This document shows, in pieces, positions 37,788 to 47,412 of a stretch of DNA of 64,000 nt. This DNA comes from a virus, in IMG/VR virus record IMGVR_UViG_3300014039_000016, positions 72,829 through 136,828 of that record; one strand, given 5' to 3'. Under the pieces are notes generated by a model. It was not told the origin of the DNA. It did no database searches and saw only the letters and a program-made list of their open reading frames with translations. Each line of letters begins with the position of its first letter. Within the stretch, counting starts at the first letter, position 1. The translations under genes and the position numbers were made by a program.

Positions 37788-38556
37788 GTCTATAATTTCT
37801 AAAATTGTCCTCTAACCAATCATTATCTATATAATAGAAGCCGTATACTACAAGCGCAATTAATAACACCCATCCAATCCAGAATAGTACTAATACCCAT
37901 TTACTGTTTTTTATCATTTTCTTTTGAGCTTCTGTTGTACCCAAATTATTTATAAATTTAGAGTTATTAGTAATTGTATTATCAGATAAATTAGTATAAA
38001 TTGTTCCAGTGAAATTAGTGTCAATAGTATAATACACCCATCTATCATCTGAACCCAAATATTCTGTTTTATTATGATATTCTTGACCTGAAAGATTAAT
38101 TTTAGATGTATTGAAATCAACTCCACAAAAATTAACAGTAGTACATTCAACTATTTTTTCAGAAAAAATGACCTTATCCCAAGTCCAATAAGTTTCTGTT
38201 GTATAATAAGTTTCTGTTTTTCCATTAACAGTTCTTGTATGCGCAACTCGTCTTGTATGCATAGTGTAATGTTCTTTATATTTTTTGATACTATAATACT
38301 CTCCATCAATATCCGAAATTGAGACTGGGTCAACCACCTTCAGAGAGCCATAAACAAAAGCATTACCAACATCAGTTCTCATGCCATATTCAAACAAATC
38401 TTTATTATCGTCTATCTCTATTGCTGTTTTATATTCTTCATTCTTTTTATCTAAACTTGAAGATATCTTAGTTGATAATAAGATACCTATAGTTAAAAGA
38501 ATTGCAACTATAATAATACTCGCAATAACCTCTCTTTTGGTGATTGTAAAATCCAT
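37777..38556 (-). CDS. membrane protein with N- and C-terminal TM helices
   Basis: Hydrophobic segments at both ends. Confidence 0.4.
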   Translation of the reverse strand: MDFTITKREVIASIIIVAILLTIGILLSTKISSSLDKKNEEYKTAIEIDDNKDLFEYGMRTDVGNAFVYGSLKVVDPVSISDIDGEYYSIKKYKEHYTMHTRRVAHTRTVNGKTETYYTTETYWTWDKVIFSEKIVECTTVNFCGVDFNTSKINLSGQEYHNKTEYLGSDDRWVYYTIDTNFTGTIYTNLSDNTITNNSKFINNLGTTEAQKKMIKNSKWVLVLFWIGWVLLIALVVYGFYYIDNDWLEDNFRNYRRGW

Positions 38557-38570
38557 AGTCTCCTCCTTAA

Positions 38571-39119
38571 TTAATCAAATAAATTAGTTGGTGCATCAGA
38601 CAGCCCATTAAAATCTATTCTTTCAAAGTGTTGTCTATCATATCCAGTAATACCTAAAAATAATCTAGCTGGAAAACTCTTAACATATTTATTATAATCT
38701 GAAACAGCTTCATTATAAGTCTTTCTGTGCGCGGAAATTAAATTCTCTGTAATAGAAAGTTCATTCATTAATTCACGGTAATTATCAGAACTCTTTAATT
38801 CTGGATAAGCCTCTGCAACAATAGAAATAGTCTTAGTAACCTCTGCGGCAGCCGCATCAGAATCACTTCCTCTTGCCGCAATAACAGTCATCAGTGTATT
38901 GTACTCATGCTCATCATATGCTTTCACACAATCTACTAAGTTAGGAATTAAATCTGCTCTACGCTTTTCCTGAACAGTAACATTAGACTTCGCATTTTCA
39001 ACTGTCTCTTCTAATCTGATTGCCTTATTCTGTGGGGTCTGTGCAACAAAGATTAACAAAATGAAAACAGCAATAACACTAACTGTAATAATAATTGGTA
39101 ATTTATTAAAATTCTTCAT
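38571..39119 (-). CDS. LemA family protein
   Basis: N-terminal TM plus a QEKRRADLIPNLV motif. Confidence 0.8.
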   Translation of the reverse strand: MKNFNKLPIIITVSVIAVFILLIFVAQTPQNKAIRLEETVENAKSNVTVQEKRRADLIPNLVDCVKAYDEHEYNTLMTVIAARGSDSDAAAAEVTKTISIVAEAYPELKSSDNYRELMNELSITENLISAHRKTYNEAVSDYNKYVKSFPARLFLGITGYDRQHFERIDFNGLSDAPTNLFD

Positions 39120-39291
39120 ATTTTTCTCCTATTTTATAATATCATTTAATTTATTGATTAATATTTCTGGGTTATCTGATATTTGGCATATGTATTCATC
39201 ATTATAATAAATTTCATATGCCTCATCATATTCTTGTCGTCCCCAACAATCACAACCACTCGCAACTTTAACTTCTTTGTATGAAAACATG

Positions 39292-40131
39292 TTACTCTCC
39301 TACATATATTAACTTGTCAATATATTCTCTACCTTCACCTTTAAACATTGGAATTTCCGTATCAATAGTCCAGCCTTTAATTCTGTCTCCATCTGAAATA
39401 GATTTAGGGTTCTGCATATCTTCACGAATACAGCAACTTCCGCATTTCTGATGTGTTGGAAAATCATTCCAATTAACACCTTTCTGCGTCATAAGCATAT
39501 CTTGGATATCACTACATGACTTATCCTGTAATTCTTTCTGAGAAAAATAAGCCTGACCTACCATCTGAATAGAATTACGAGAGGCATCCAGTTGCCGCCA
39601 ATAAATAAGATTAGTTACTTCTTCTTTTGGAATATTGAAACAACGAGCATCGAACATAGCGCCTTTTAGCATAGAGTGGACATGATTCATATGGATTATC
39701 TCTAAATTATCATCAACTACATTTCCTTCCTCATCTGAATTAGAAAGTATTTCCTTTTCAACATTCTTAGCAAAAGCCTTATTGAATGCCATCGTAGCCA
39801 TACTCGCGGCAATGCTACAAAGCTTTTCTACTCGATAGTCAAACCAGGCATCTGTTGTTAATGTCTGATAATCAACCAAGATTAAAGTAATTTCATCTGA
39901 TTGTGTATATCCTAACACACAACCCTGGATATTCTGACACAAATATTGAGTTGTCTGTTGCATTGTTTTAATTAGCACCTCGTCAAAAGGTCGCTTAAAA
40001 CCTCGCGTAAAGGTGTGAAATGCCTTGCCATCAATTCTAATAGCAACAGGCATCCTCTTTATTAACTTAGTATCTGGAACAGCTTCATAGAATGTTTTCA
40101 TGCGAGTTCCAAGTTCATCTCTAATACTCAT
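39292..40131 (-). CDS. Thg1-like protein (tRNA-His guanylyltransferase family, 3'-5' nucleotidyltransferase)
   Basis: VAIRIDGKAFHTF (the VRLDGRNFHRF equivalent) and YTQSDEITLIL (the catalytic QSDEYS equivalent). Confidence 0.85.
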   Translation of the reverse strand: MSIRDELGTRMKTFYEAVPDTKLIKRMPVAIRIDGKAFHTFTRGFKRPFDEVLIKTMQQTTQYLCQNIQGCVLGYTQSDEITLILVDYQTLTTDAWFDYRVEKLCSIAASMATMAFNKAFAKNVEKEILSNSDEEGNVVDDNLEIIHMNHVHSMLKGAMFDARCFNIPKEEVTNLIYWRQLDASRNSIQMVGQAYFSQKELQDKSCSDIQDMLMTQKGVNWNDFPTHQKCGSCCIREDMQNPKSISDGDRIKGWTIDTEIPMFKGEGREYIDKLIYVGE

Positions 40132-40144
40132 ACTTACTCCTTTA

Positions 40145-40570
40145 CTAAGAAATCATTGAACCAACAACTTTATTAGCAATCTTCATATCTGCTTTACCTT
40201 TTAAAGCTGCCATAATCTTACCTCTGTTACTCTTTACTAACTCCAATCCTGTTTTCTGAATAAAATTCTTAATATCTTCTTCATTATCCATAAGGCTTGG
40301 CGCGAATTCATTGATAATATCCAACTTAACCTTATACTCTTCAAGAGTCTCTACTCTATCAGCAGGACAAGTATCTATCATCTCCTGTACAGTTTTCTTC
40401 TCTTTAAGAATAACTGCATTAATCTGGTCTTCTGTAACATTATCTTTACACTTATTATCAATTCCAAATTTCTGAACTGCCTGAACAAGACTTGAAATAG
40501 TATTTTTTCTTTCCTTATCCTTGTTTTTCATCGCAGCAATCATTTCTTTTTGCAAAAAATCTAAAGTCAT
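40145..40570 (-). CDS. GatB/YqeY-domain protein
   Basis: LQKEMIAAMKNKDKERKNTISSLVQAV matches the YqeY family. Confidence 0.7.
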   Translation of the reverse strand: MTLDFLQKEMIAAMKNKDKERKNTISSLVQAVQKFGIDNKCKDNVTEDQINAVILKEKKTVQEMIDTCPADRVETLEEYKVKLDIINEFAPSLMDNEEDIKNFIQKTGLELVKSNRGKIMAALKGKADMKIANKVVGSMIS

Positions 40571-40591
40571 ATTTTTTAATCTCCTTTATTA

Positions 40592-40840
40592 TTAATATAA
40601 AAAATGAAAAGAATCTTTATCTTTTACAATAGTCCCATGCAGGGTCTGTTGAATTTCTCTTTTTTTATTCTTTTCTTCTCTTTTTAAATATTTTAAAATA
40701 GCTTTTCTGCATCCTCTTTTAGTTAAATATCCTTTTGCGACTATGTAATAGTCTTGAATCATATTAGAGTATAAATACCCATTATATCCATGTGGAACAC
40801 AAGGTTCTATTTTATACTGATATTCTTTCCTTTCTTTCAT
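40592..40840 (-). CDS. small hypothetical protein
   Basis: ORF with no confident motif. Confidence 0.3.
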   Translation of the reverse strand: MKERKEYQYKIEPCVPHGYNGYLYSNMIQDYYIVAKGYLTKRGCRKAILKYLKREEKNKKREIQQTLHGTIVKDKDSFHFLY

Positions 40841-40841
40841 A

Positions 40842-41675
40842 TTACTTCTTTTCCTTATTAAAACTTAATTTCTCCTGAAAGGTAATCTCTTTTACATCTT
40901 CAAAACCAAGTTCTCCGTCTTTAATAAAGTACTGATTGATTAGAGTGTTAATAATTCTCGCACCAATAGAGTTATTCTTAAAATTATCTTTAAGATACTT
41001 CTTAATTGTATCTACACAAACCTCTCTGTCTACATCTGGAAAGAGACGCAGATAATTCTCTAACAATTCTGAACTTTCAAGAATTTCATATAAATCCTTT
41101 AAGACTAGCTTATCTGTATTATATACTAAGCCTACTCTGCCTAAGAACTCTGTCTTTACACCAAAACTTCTTAACTTATCAAGAGTAATCTCTTCTTCAT
41201 TGTTAAAAGCACCTGCAAAAACGAATAAGCATTTACTAATATCAATATTAACATAATGTCCATAATTACCATACACCGCAGTAGCAGGAGATTCAAGAAC
41301 CTTTAAGAACTCATTCTGAACTCCTAATGTAACTTCATTAGCAATAGAAGAATTAGAATTATCTGAAATAAACAGTTTATCAAATTCATCTACAAAAACA
41401 ATAGTTGGCTTACCCTTTAATTCCGCAATAGGTGACAATGCCTTACTTAAAGAATTACCTGATGTACCTTCTTTAGTAAGCTGTGCGGCATTGATACTAA
41501 TAAAAGCAAGCTCCTTCTCTCTAGCTAAAGTCTCAATAGTAAAAGATTTTCCGCTCCCACTGTCTCCTGTCAAAATAAAATGTGGTCTAATTGCTCCGCC
41601 ACTTGCGGAAAAGATATCAAATACTCTTCCTAATTCTCTAACAATCCTTTCCTGTCCAATAATTTTTGTTTTCAT
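40842..41675 (-). CDS. AAA+ family ATPase
   Basis: Walker A LTGDSGSGKSF and Walker B VFVDEFDKL. Confidence 0.7.
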   Translation of the reverse strand: MKTKIIGQERIVRELGRVFDIFSASGGAIRPHFILTGDSGSGKSFTIETLAREKELAFISINAAQLTKEGTSGNSLSKALSPIAELKGKPTIVFVDEFDKLFISDNSNSSIANEVTLGVQNEFLKVLESPATAVYGNYGHYVNIDISKCLFVFAGAFNNEEEITLDKLRSFGVKTEFLGRVGLVYNTDKLVLKDLYEILESSELLENYLRLFPDVDREVCVDTIKKYLKDNFKNNSIGARIINTLINQYFIKDGELGFEDVKEITFQEKLSFNKEKK

Positions 41676-41720
41676 AAATAGTAAACCTCATTTCTTTTAT
41701 TTTCTATATATATTATATCA

Positions 41721-41754
41721 AAAAATATAAAAAAAATAAAGGGCGAGTTTAATA
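41721..41754 (-). terminator. rho-independent terminator after the surface-protein gene
   Basis: GGGCGAG/CTCGCCC stem followed by TTTATTTTTTTT. Confidence 0.65.
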
Positions 41755-41767
41755 CTCGCCCTAATAA

Positions 41768-43099
41768 TTATTTCTTCTTTTTAGTTAAACATATTGCACA
41801 TAAAATCCAAAAAATACAGCATAAAGATACTACAACACATATAGTCCACCAGCCTAAAAGGCTTTCATCTCCAGTTTGTACGCTAACCGTCGAGATATCT
41901 GCGGCAATTTCTGGTGTCTTACTCGGCTTTATATCTTTAGACTCCGCAATTTCTTCATCTGCCTCTAACTCTGGTGCTTTTGTTTCTTTTGTCATTTCAG
42001 TAGAGCTAGTTGTAGTTTTCTGTACAGTAGTTGTTTCTAATTCTGTGGTTGTCTCTTCATTCTTAAAACTTTCCGTTTCATTTTGCTTAATTGTTTCTGT
42101 TGTTTGTTCAGAAGAACTCTCTGTTGTATTTTGTTCAGAAGATGATTCAACTGTTGTAGTTTCAGAATTTGATTTTGTAAAACCTCTAAAAGCTATTTTA
42201 TGAATTTCGCTACTATGCGTTAAAGTATTACAAATTACTGAGCCAATAAGGTTTCCTGCATTTATATTTACAGTAGCCATTGGCGCAAGAATAGTTCCTG
42301 AGAATATACAATTTTGATTAATATTTCCGCAATAAGCACCAAAATTCCAAAGAATATTGCCACTCCATGACTCCCAGCCTTCATTTTGTATTTTACTTTC
42401 AATATTTATATTTTCTTCATTATTAGTAATAACATTAATAACTACAATTTTATCTTTAGCTATTGATTTAATGTATTCTCCCTGGTCAATATCATGTGAT
42501 AAGTCTTCTGCATTAATATTAAAGACTATAATGTTATTATTCACAGGTGTAAATTTACCATTCCAATAATTATTTTTCATAATTTTTGAAGAGTTTACTT
42601 GACTATATAAATCATTCGCATAAACTGTTAAATCAGCAAAAAGCTTTTCAAAATCTAAAAATTCTCCATCGCTTTTTTGTACGACAGATAAAAGATTATT
42701 TGTAGTTCCAAAAACTTGATTATCTACGAACCACTGATTTCCACGCTTTTCTATATTATAAGTATCACTAGTAACTAATCTATTGGTTACTCCATTCTGA
42801 AAGACATATAATCCATTAATTAAATTTTGAATATAAGATGTATTGTATTCACCTGGAACTCGTGAATTTTCAATACTACAATAACTCCATAAGTTATGGA
42901 TTAAGACATTACCTTCTACATGCCCAATACCTTGTTTATATTCTTTCGTAACAACAGCATAATCAAGCGTAAAATCTTCTCCTGATGCTTTGGTTGTGTG
43001 TGGCAGTAGTATAAAAGTTGCTGTAATTATTAACATAATTGCTAATAAAAATGAGATTATTTTCTTGTTATTTTTCATTTCCTTCCCTCCATAAAACAA
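41768..43099 (-). CDS. cell-surface protein with signal peptide, Ser/Thr/Glu-rich linker and C-terminal membrane anchor
   Basis: N-terminal signal/TM, a TTVESSSEQNTTESSSEQTTE linker and a C-terminal hydrophobic segment followed by a KKKK tail. Confidence 0.4.
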   Translation of the reverse strand: MFYGGKEMKNNKKIISFLLAIMLIITATFILLPHTTKASGEDFTLDYAVVTKEYKQGIGHVEGNVLIHNLWSYCSIENSRVPGEYNTSYIQNLINGLYVFQNGVTNRLVTSDTYNIEKRGNQWFVDNQVFGTTNNLLSVVQKSDGEFLDFEKLFADLTVYANDLYSQVNSSKIMKNNYWNGKFTPVNNNIIVFNINAEDLSHDIDQGEYIKSIAKDKIVVINVITNNEENINIESKIQNEGWESWSGNILWNFGAYCGNINQNCIFSGTILAPMATVNINAGNLIGSVICNTLTHSSEIHKIAFRGFTKSNSETTTVESSSEQNTTESSSEQTTETIKQNETESFKNEETTTELETTTVQKTTTSSTEMTKETKAPELEADEEIAESKDIKPSKTPEIAADISTVSVQTGDESLLGWWTICVVVSLCCIFWILCAICLTKKKK

Positions 43100-43124
43100 A
43101 ATAAGGGCAGAAAAATCTGCCCTT
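43091..43124 (-). terminator. rho-independent terminator after the CAP-domain gene
   Basis: AAGGGCAG/CTGCCCTT stem followed by ATTTTGTTTT. Confidence 0.6.
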
Positions 43125-43128
43125 ATCC

Positions 43129-44052
43129 TTAGTTCATTAATAAGATATAATAAAAATATCCTTCTGCGTCTTGCGCGATTCCTACTCCAATATAATTGTA
43201 ATTATTACTTAACATTAAAGCATTATGTGCTTTAGAATTTTTCCAGCCTTCAACCGCTTCCGCACAGCTAGAAAAATATCTTGCATAGTTTTCTCCAAAA
43301 TTACCAGATAGATTGTATAACTCAAAAATGCTACTTGCCGATTCAAAATTAGGTCTATAATGATGCATTGCGCCATCTGAAGTATATCCAATCATATTCC
43401 AATCTGAATAAGCTGATTCGGTAGCTCTATGTTCTGCGGCAAGTGATAATACATTATTATATTCTAAAGGATATAAGCTATTTGAAATACGATAATCATT
43501 AATTATTGATACAAGTTCTTGTATTTGATTATCATATTTCACAATATTATTCGCAGATATTTGTTTTAAGTCATTATCGGTTAGGATTTTTGGTTGTGGA
43601 ATTTCATTTGTATTACTATAATTAACTCCATTACAAATAATATTAGTTATAGTAGGTTGCGGAATTTCTGCTTGAGTCTCCTCCATCTCGGTAGAAGCTT
43701 CTATAACCTGAGTTTCCGCGTCAACATTTTTAGAATAAGTTTCTGTTTCTTCAATTTCTGTCTCTGTTTCTTCTTCTATTGTTGATTCTAATATAATATT
43801 TTCAACAGTTTCTTCTTCTATACTTCTATTTGTTTCGGTCTCGAAAATCATATTTCGTGCAGCCGCGATTTGTCCATTCTGCTGTATATCTACTATTGTG
43901 TTAGCACTTCTACCTTCCTTGAAAGCACAAATACCAGCGATTAAGAAGACTCCCGCAGTTAAAGAAACTGTTGAAATTTTTAATATCTTTCTATTCATTA
44001 ACAGTACCTCCTCTTTTGAAGAAGGACATACAAATGAAAAGTGAAGATGCAA
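43129..44052 (-). CDS. CAP/SCP (PR-1/YkwD-like) domain protein with N-terminal TM
   Basis: C-terminal ...GWKNSKAHNALMLSNNYNYIGVGIA matches the CAP domain. Confidence 0.55.
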   Translation of the reverse strand: MHLHFSFVCPSSKEEVLLMNRKILKISTVSLTAGVFLIAGICAFKEGRSANTIVDIQQNGQIAAARNMIFETETNRSIEEETVENIILESTIEEETETEIEETETYSKNVDAETQVIEASTEMEETQAEIPQPTITNIICNGVNYSNTNEIPQPKILTDNDLKQISANNIVKYDNQIQELVSIINDYRISNSLYPLEYNNVLSLAAEHRATESAYSDWNMIGYTSDGAMHHYRPNFESASSIFELYNLSGNFGENYARYFSSCAEAVEGWKNSKAHNALMLSNNYNYIGVGIAQDAEGYFYYILLMN

Positions 44053-44119
44053 CTGGCTAGCTTTTCAGCCCCTATAGCTTTGCGTCCTTACCTTTCGATA
44101 AGTTTGCCCATAAAAATAT

Positions 44120-44153
44120 TATATATAATAAAAGCCATAGTTATCTATGGCTT
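44120..44153 (-). terminator. rho-independent terminator after the vWA gene
   Basis: AAGCCATAG/CTATGGCTT stem followed by a T-rich run. Confidence 0.55.
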
Positions 44154-44161
44154 AATTATTA

Positions 44162-45661
44162 TTAAATTGTAACACATGAATATCTGTCACTGTTAAGCTT
44201 AGCTAACATAAGGTCATATCCATCTTTTCCAGAAAGGATAGTTTCTACCATATTCATATTAAACCCAGAGACATAAGAGAATCTTCCGCCAAGAGCTGGA
44301 ATATTATTCTGTCTAGCATCTAAGTTCCAAAAGATGACCTTTGGAAGCTCATAGCCTTCAGCCGCCCACTTCTGAGCAATCTTCTCTAACTCTGTTGATA
44401 TATCGCCTTCTGTTACTGCACTACGATAACCATATTTAGCATCTCTGTTAGACTTGATATTGACGCAATAGTTAAATTCCATATCTGAAAAGATATAAAG
44501 TCTCTCTGGCATATCTGCTGGGGATACATTATCTTTCTTAGCTGTATTTAATAACATATCAAAAACAGCTTCGATGTTAGTGCTATTGCCCCAATCTGAA
44601 CGACCCGCTACTCTCTCGAACTTATCAACAATATCTGTTCCCTCAAACTTTATCAACTTAGGGGAATTAGAAAAAGTGATAAAATGATTAGCGAAAGGTC
44701 CATGACCTCTTTCTGCAATATATGCGCCCATTGATACAGCCGCTGCGATAGGTGTGCCATACATAGAACCTGAAGTATCTACGATACAAAGACCATTTTC
44801 TTCATGTCCATTGTAGTAATCCTTAAGATTAGTCCAGTATTTCTCAAGCATAGCAATATCTGTCTCAGTCTTGTCACTATAGTCAAAACACTTCTTAGCA
44901 ATATCTACTGGATTAAGGACATCTGCATTTACTGTTGTATTAGTGTCTTTAGCAAAAGACTCATACTTTTTAGCTATAATATCTCTGCGGGCGAAAGCAT
45001 TCTTATAGATAAGACCAGCCTTAGATGGTAACTTATCGAACTCAATCTCATCCCATCTATTTTCAGACATTAATCTCTCTACAATATTAATCTTCGCGCG
45101 AAGGGCGGATAAAAGCTTACGATATTCCTTATGAGTTAAACCAAGATAAACTCTTAACTTGTTACCAAGCTTAGCAGTCTCTCTTGAGGAGGCATTCTCT
45201 GAAGGCATCCACTTAGCAAGTAATGAAGGTGTCTTAGACTGAACATCAAGTGTAAGCTGCTCCTTAATCTTTGAAAATGCGAGATATTCTGCTGGTGTAC
45301 CAACTGTTGAATAGATAAGGTCGTCCCATCTACCAAAATTAGATACATTATCTAAATTACGCTTTGCAACTCCAGGATGATTCTCACAAAGCCAGCGGAA
45401 ACAAACTCTAAAGAAGCGTCTTTCTCCCATGCCTCCTCTGCAATCTCTGAGGTAGAATAAACACTTCATAGCTAGTAACTCATCTTCTTCTATCGCGTTC
45501 TTAAAAAGAAGAATGCAGTCCTTATCAGAACGATTTCTGAAAGCTCCGCCTAAAGCGAACATATCCAGCACAGCAGACTTAGTTGTGTTATGAGTGACAC
45601 CACCATTTTCTGTATTTGTAAAGTTATTGTCATCTACTAATCCGTTTAAAAATGAATTCAT
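44162..45661 (-). CDS. vWA-domain protein (DUF2828-like), possibly Ro60-related
   Basis: MIDAS-like CIVDTSGSMYG motif. Confidence 0.55.
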   Translation of the reverse strand: MNSFLNGLVDDNNFTNTENGGVTHNTTKSAVLDMFALGGAFRNRSDKDCILLFKNAIEEDELLAMKCLFYLRDCRGGMGERRFFRVCFRWLCENHPGVAKRNLDNVSNFGRWDDLIYSTVGTPAEYLAFSKIKEQLTLDVQSKTPSLLAKWMPSENASSRETAKLGNKLRVYLGLTHKEYRKLLSALRAKINIVERLMSENRWDEIEFDKLPSKAGLIYKNAFARRDIIAKKYESFAKDTNTTVNADVLNPVDIAKKCFDYSDKTETDIAMLEKYWTNLKDYYNGHEENGLCIVDTSGSMYGTPIAAAVSMGAYIAERGHGPFANHFITFSNSPKLIKFEGTDIVDKFERVAGRSDWGNSTNIEAVFDMLLNTAKKDNVSPADMPERLYIFSDMEFNYCVNIKSNRDAKYGYRSAVTEGDISTELEKIAQKWAAEGYELPKVIFWNLDARQNNIPALGGRFSYVSGFNMNMVETILSGKDGYDLMLAKLNSDRYSCVTI

Positions 45662-45717
45662 ACTCTTTTCTCTCCTTATTTATCTTATATTTTTAAGAAA
45701 GGCTATTATCATAGCCG

Positions 45718-45799
45718 AAAGACGCGAGTGGGAATCGAACCCACCACCCGAAGGTTTCAACGGAGTTGCAGTCCGCGTCAATACCACTCTGACACCGCG
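45718..45799 (-). tRNA. tRNA-Cys(GCA)-like with an atypical 15-nt variable arm
   Basis: Acceptor stem GACGCGG/TCGCGTC, T-arm GTGGG-TTCGATT-CCCAC and anticodon loop CTGCAAC. No encoded CCA. Confidence 0.6.
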
Positions 45800-45802
45800 T
45801 CA

Positions 45803-46147
45803 TTATACCACATATATATATGTTAATGTAAATTTAAACTTACTAAATGGAATATATAGTGCTTCAATATCAAAAACATCATTATTTTTATCTTGTACTT
45901 CTGTTTCAAAAACACCATTTTTATTATTTATATAGATACTTCCTTTTGTTCCATTTGCCTTTTTATAAAAAAATGGATATCCTAATCCCTTAGGTTCTAC
46001 TTCTATACCAAATTTTACCATATTTGTTACTGGAATTTCTACATATTCTACTGTTTCAGCAGCTCTATTAGGAAAATTAATATTTTCACTATAACTAGGA
46101 GTTTGTGAAACAATATTAGCATCTGTTATTTGCATAACTTTAAACAT
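45803..46147 (-). CDS. hypothetical protein
   Basis: ORF between two tRNA-like genes. Confidence 0.35.
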   Translation of the reverse strand: MFKVMQITDANIVSQTPSYSENINFPNRAAETVEYVEIPVTNMVKFGIEVEPKGLGYPFFYKKANGTKGSIYINNKNGVFETEVQDKNNDVFDIEALYIPFSKFKFTLTYIYVV

Positions 46148-46176
46148 TAATTACCACCTTTTCTTATTTGCTTTAA

Positions 46177-46260
46177 CTACGGCAGTGGGACTCGAACCCA
46201 CACGCCACAATGGCACAGGAATCAAAATCCTGCATGTCTATCCATTTTCATCATGCCGCA
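46177..46260 (-). tRNA. tRNA-Gln(UUG)-like with a long 14-nt variable arm
   Basis: Acceptor TGCGGCA/TGCCGTA, anticodon arm CAGGA-TTTTGAT-TCCTG, variable hairpin GCCATTGTGGC and T-arm GTGGG-TTCGAGT-CCCAC. Confidence 0.55.
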
Positions 46261-47028
46261 TTATATTTTATTCCATTCTTCTTCAGAATAAGAATTAATA
46301 TCTTTTTTTCGACTTGGAAGATTTTCTGATATACACCATTTAGTGATAGCTTTATCAGAAACACCATATTGTTCTCCTATCTTTGTAAATGGAGTAGTTC
46401 TAATAAGTTTTTTCAATTCTTCTCTTGATGGTCTTTTACATACTCTCTTTAATTTTGAAGAACATTCAAAACATAATCCAGAATTAGAATTTTTAGATAT
46501 TTCTTTATTACATTCTTTACAATAATACTTTATTTTTTTAGTATTATCAGAAATAATCCCCTTAGAAGAGATATGATTTCTATTTAATTTATTCTTTCCA
46601 TTTGTAGTATCTAACTGCTGATTGCAATTAGGACAAACCCAACGAAGATTTTCTAATCTATCATCATGGTTACAGCCATTTATATGGTCAAGAATTAAAG
46701 TTAATTCTTTTCCTTGCCATATAGGTTCTTGTCCGCAAATAGAACAAACATATGGAGTATATTCTCCTTTAACATACCATCTTCTTAAAGTTGCTTGACT
46801 AGCTGTTGAATCTTTAATAAAGATATTTCCCTCATTTCTCTCTATTCCTTTTTTAATAGCAAAATGAGAAATATCTATATTATATTTTTCTAATCTTGAT
46901 TTTACTGTGTTATTATTACTACCACTATGAGTAGCATATCCAAGTTTATCAATTACTTCTTTCATAGAAGAACTTGACTCTACTATTTGTTGAAGTTCTT
47001 CTTTTGAAAAATTATCAATTATTGCCAT
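46261..47028 (-). CDS. HNH homing endonuclease with C-terminal HTH module (paralogue family)
   Basis: CSICGQEPIWQGKELTLILDHINGCNHDDRLENLRWVCPNCN. The C-terminal 55 aa are shared with the ORFs at 58041 and 59549. Confidence 0.8.
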   Translation of the reverse strand: MAIIDNFSKEELQQIVESSSSMKEVIDKLGYATHSGSNNNTVKSRLEKYNIDISHFAIKKGIERNEGNIFIKDSTASQATLRRWYVKGEYTPYVCSICGQEPIWQGKELTLILDHINGCNHDDRLENLRWVCPNCNQQLDTTNGKNKLNRNHISSKGIISDNTKKIKYYCKECNKEISKNSNSGLCFECSSKLKRVCKRPSREELKKLIRTTPFTKIGEQYGVSDKAITKWCISENLPSRKKDINSYSEEEWNKI

Positions 47029-47151
47029 TTTTATTCTCCTTCATCTTTTGATATAATATATCAAAAATCCGAAGTACGAATTTTAGAACTTCGACCAAAT
47101 TTAAAAAAATTTTTTCTTTGTGCCTTACCGCTTGGCGATACCCCAAAGAAA

Positions 47152-47223
47152 TGTAAACCGAGAGACTCGAACTCTCATCTTCTGAACCACAATCAGAGGT
47201 CCTAGCCCTTGAACGAGGCTTAC
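47152..47223 (-). tRNA. tRNA-His(GUG). No encoded G-1 and discriminator A73.
   Basis: Acceptor GTAAGCC/GGTTTAC, anticodon loop TTGTGGT and T-arm GAGAG-TTCGAGT-CTCTC. The base 5' of G1 is U. Confidence 0.8.
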
Positions 47224-47225
47224 AA

Positions 47226-47299
47226 TTGGGCGTGAGGGATTCGGACCCTCGGTCTCTCCGTCCCAAGCGGAGCGCGATACCAAACTTCGCTAACGCCCA
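47226..47299 (-). tRNA. tRNA-Pro(UGG)
   Basis: Acceptor TGGGCGT/ACGCCCA, anticodon loop CTTGGGA and T-arm GAGGG-TCCGAAT-CCCTC. Sits 2 nt from tRNA-His. Confidence 0.75.
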
Positions 47300-47383
47300 A
47301 AATAACAAGACATTTTTCTGCTGTTCTATCTATTTGAAAGAAAGTAATTATTTGCTGTAAATGTCTTTCTTTATTATATAAAT

Positions 47384-47412
47384 ATTATATCATAAAATTT
47401 TATAAAAATCAA
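47384..47412 (-). promoter_or_regulatory. sigma-70-type promoter driving the tRNA-Pro/His unit
   Basis: TTGATT-17-TgaTATAAT. Confidence 0.6.

Noticed and set aside
45594-45935. ORFs overlapping tRNA genes (45594-45935, 47015-47308, 56455-56744, 57502-57705)
   Set aside because: They run straight through well-formed tRNA cloverleaves. Their composition is tRNA-derived (GC-rich) rather than coding.
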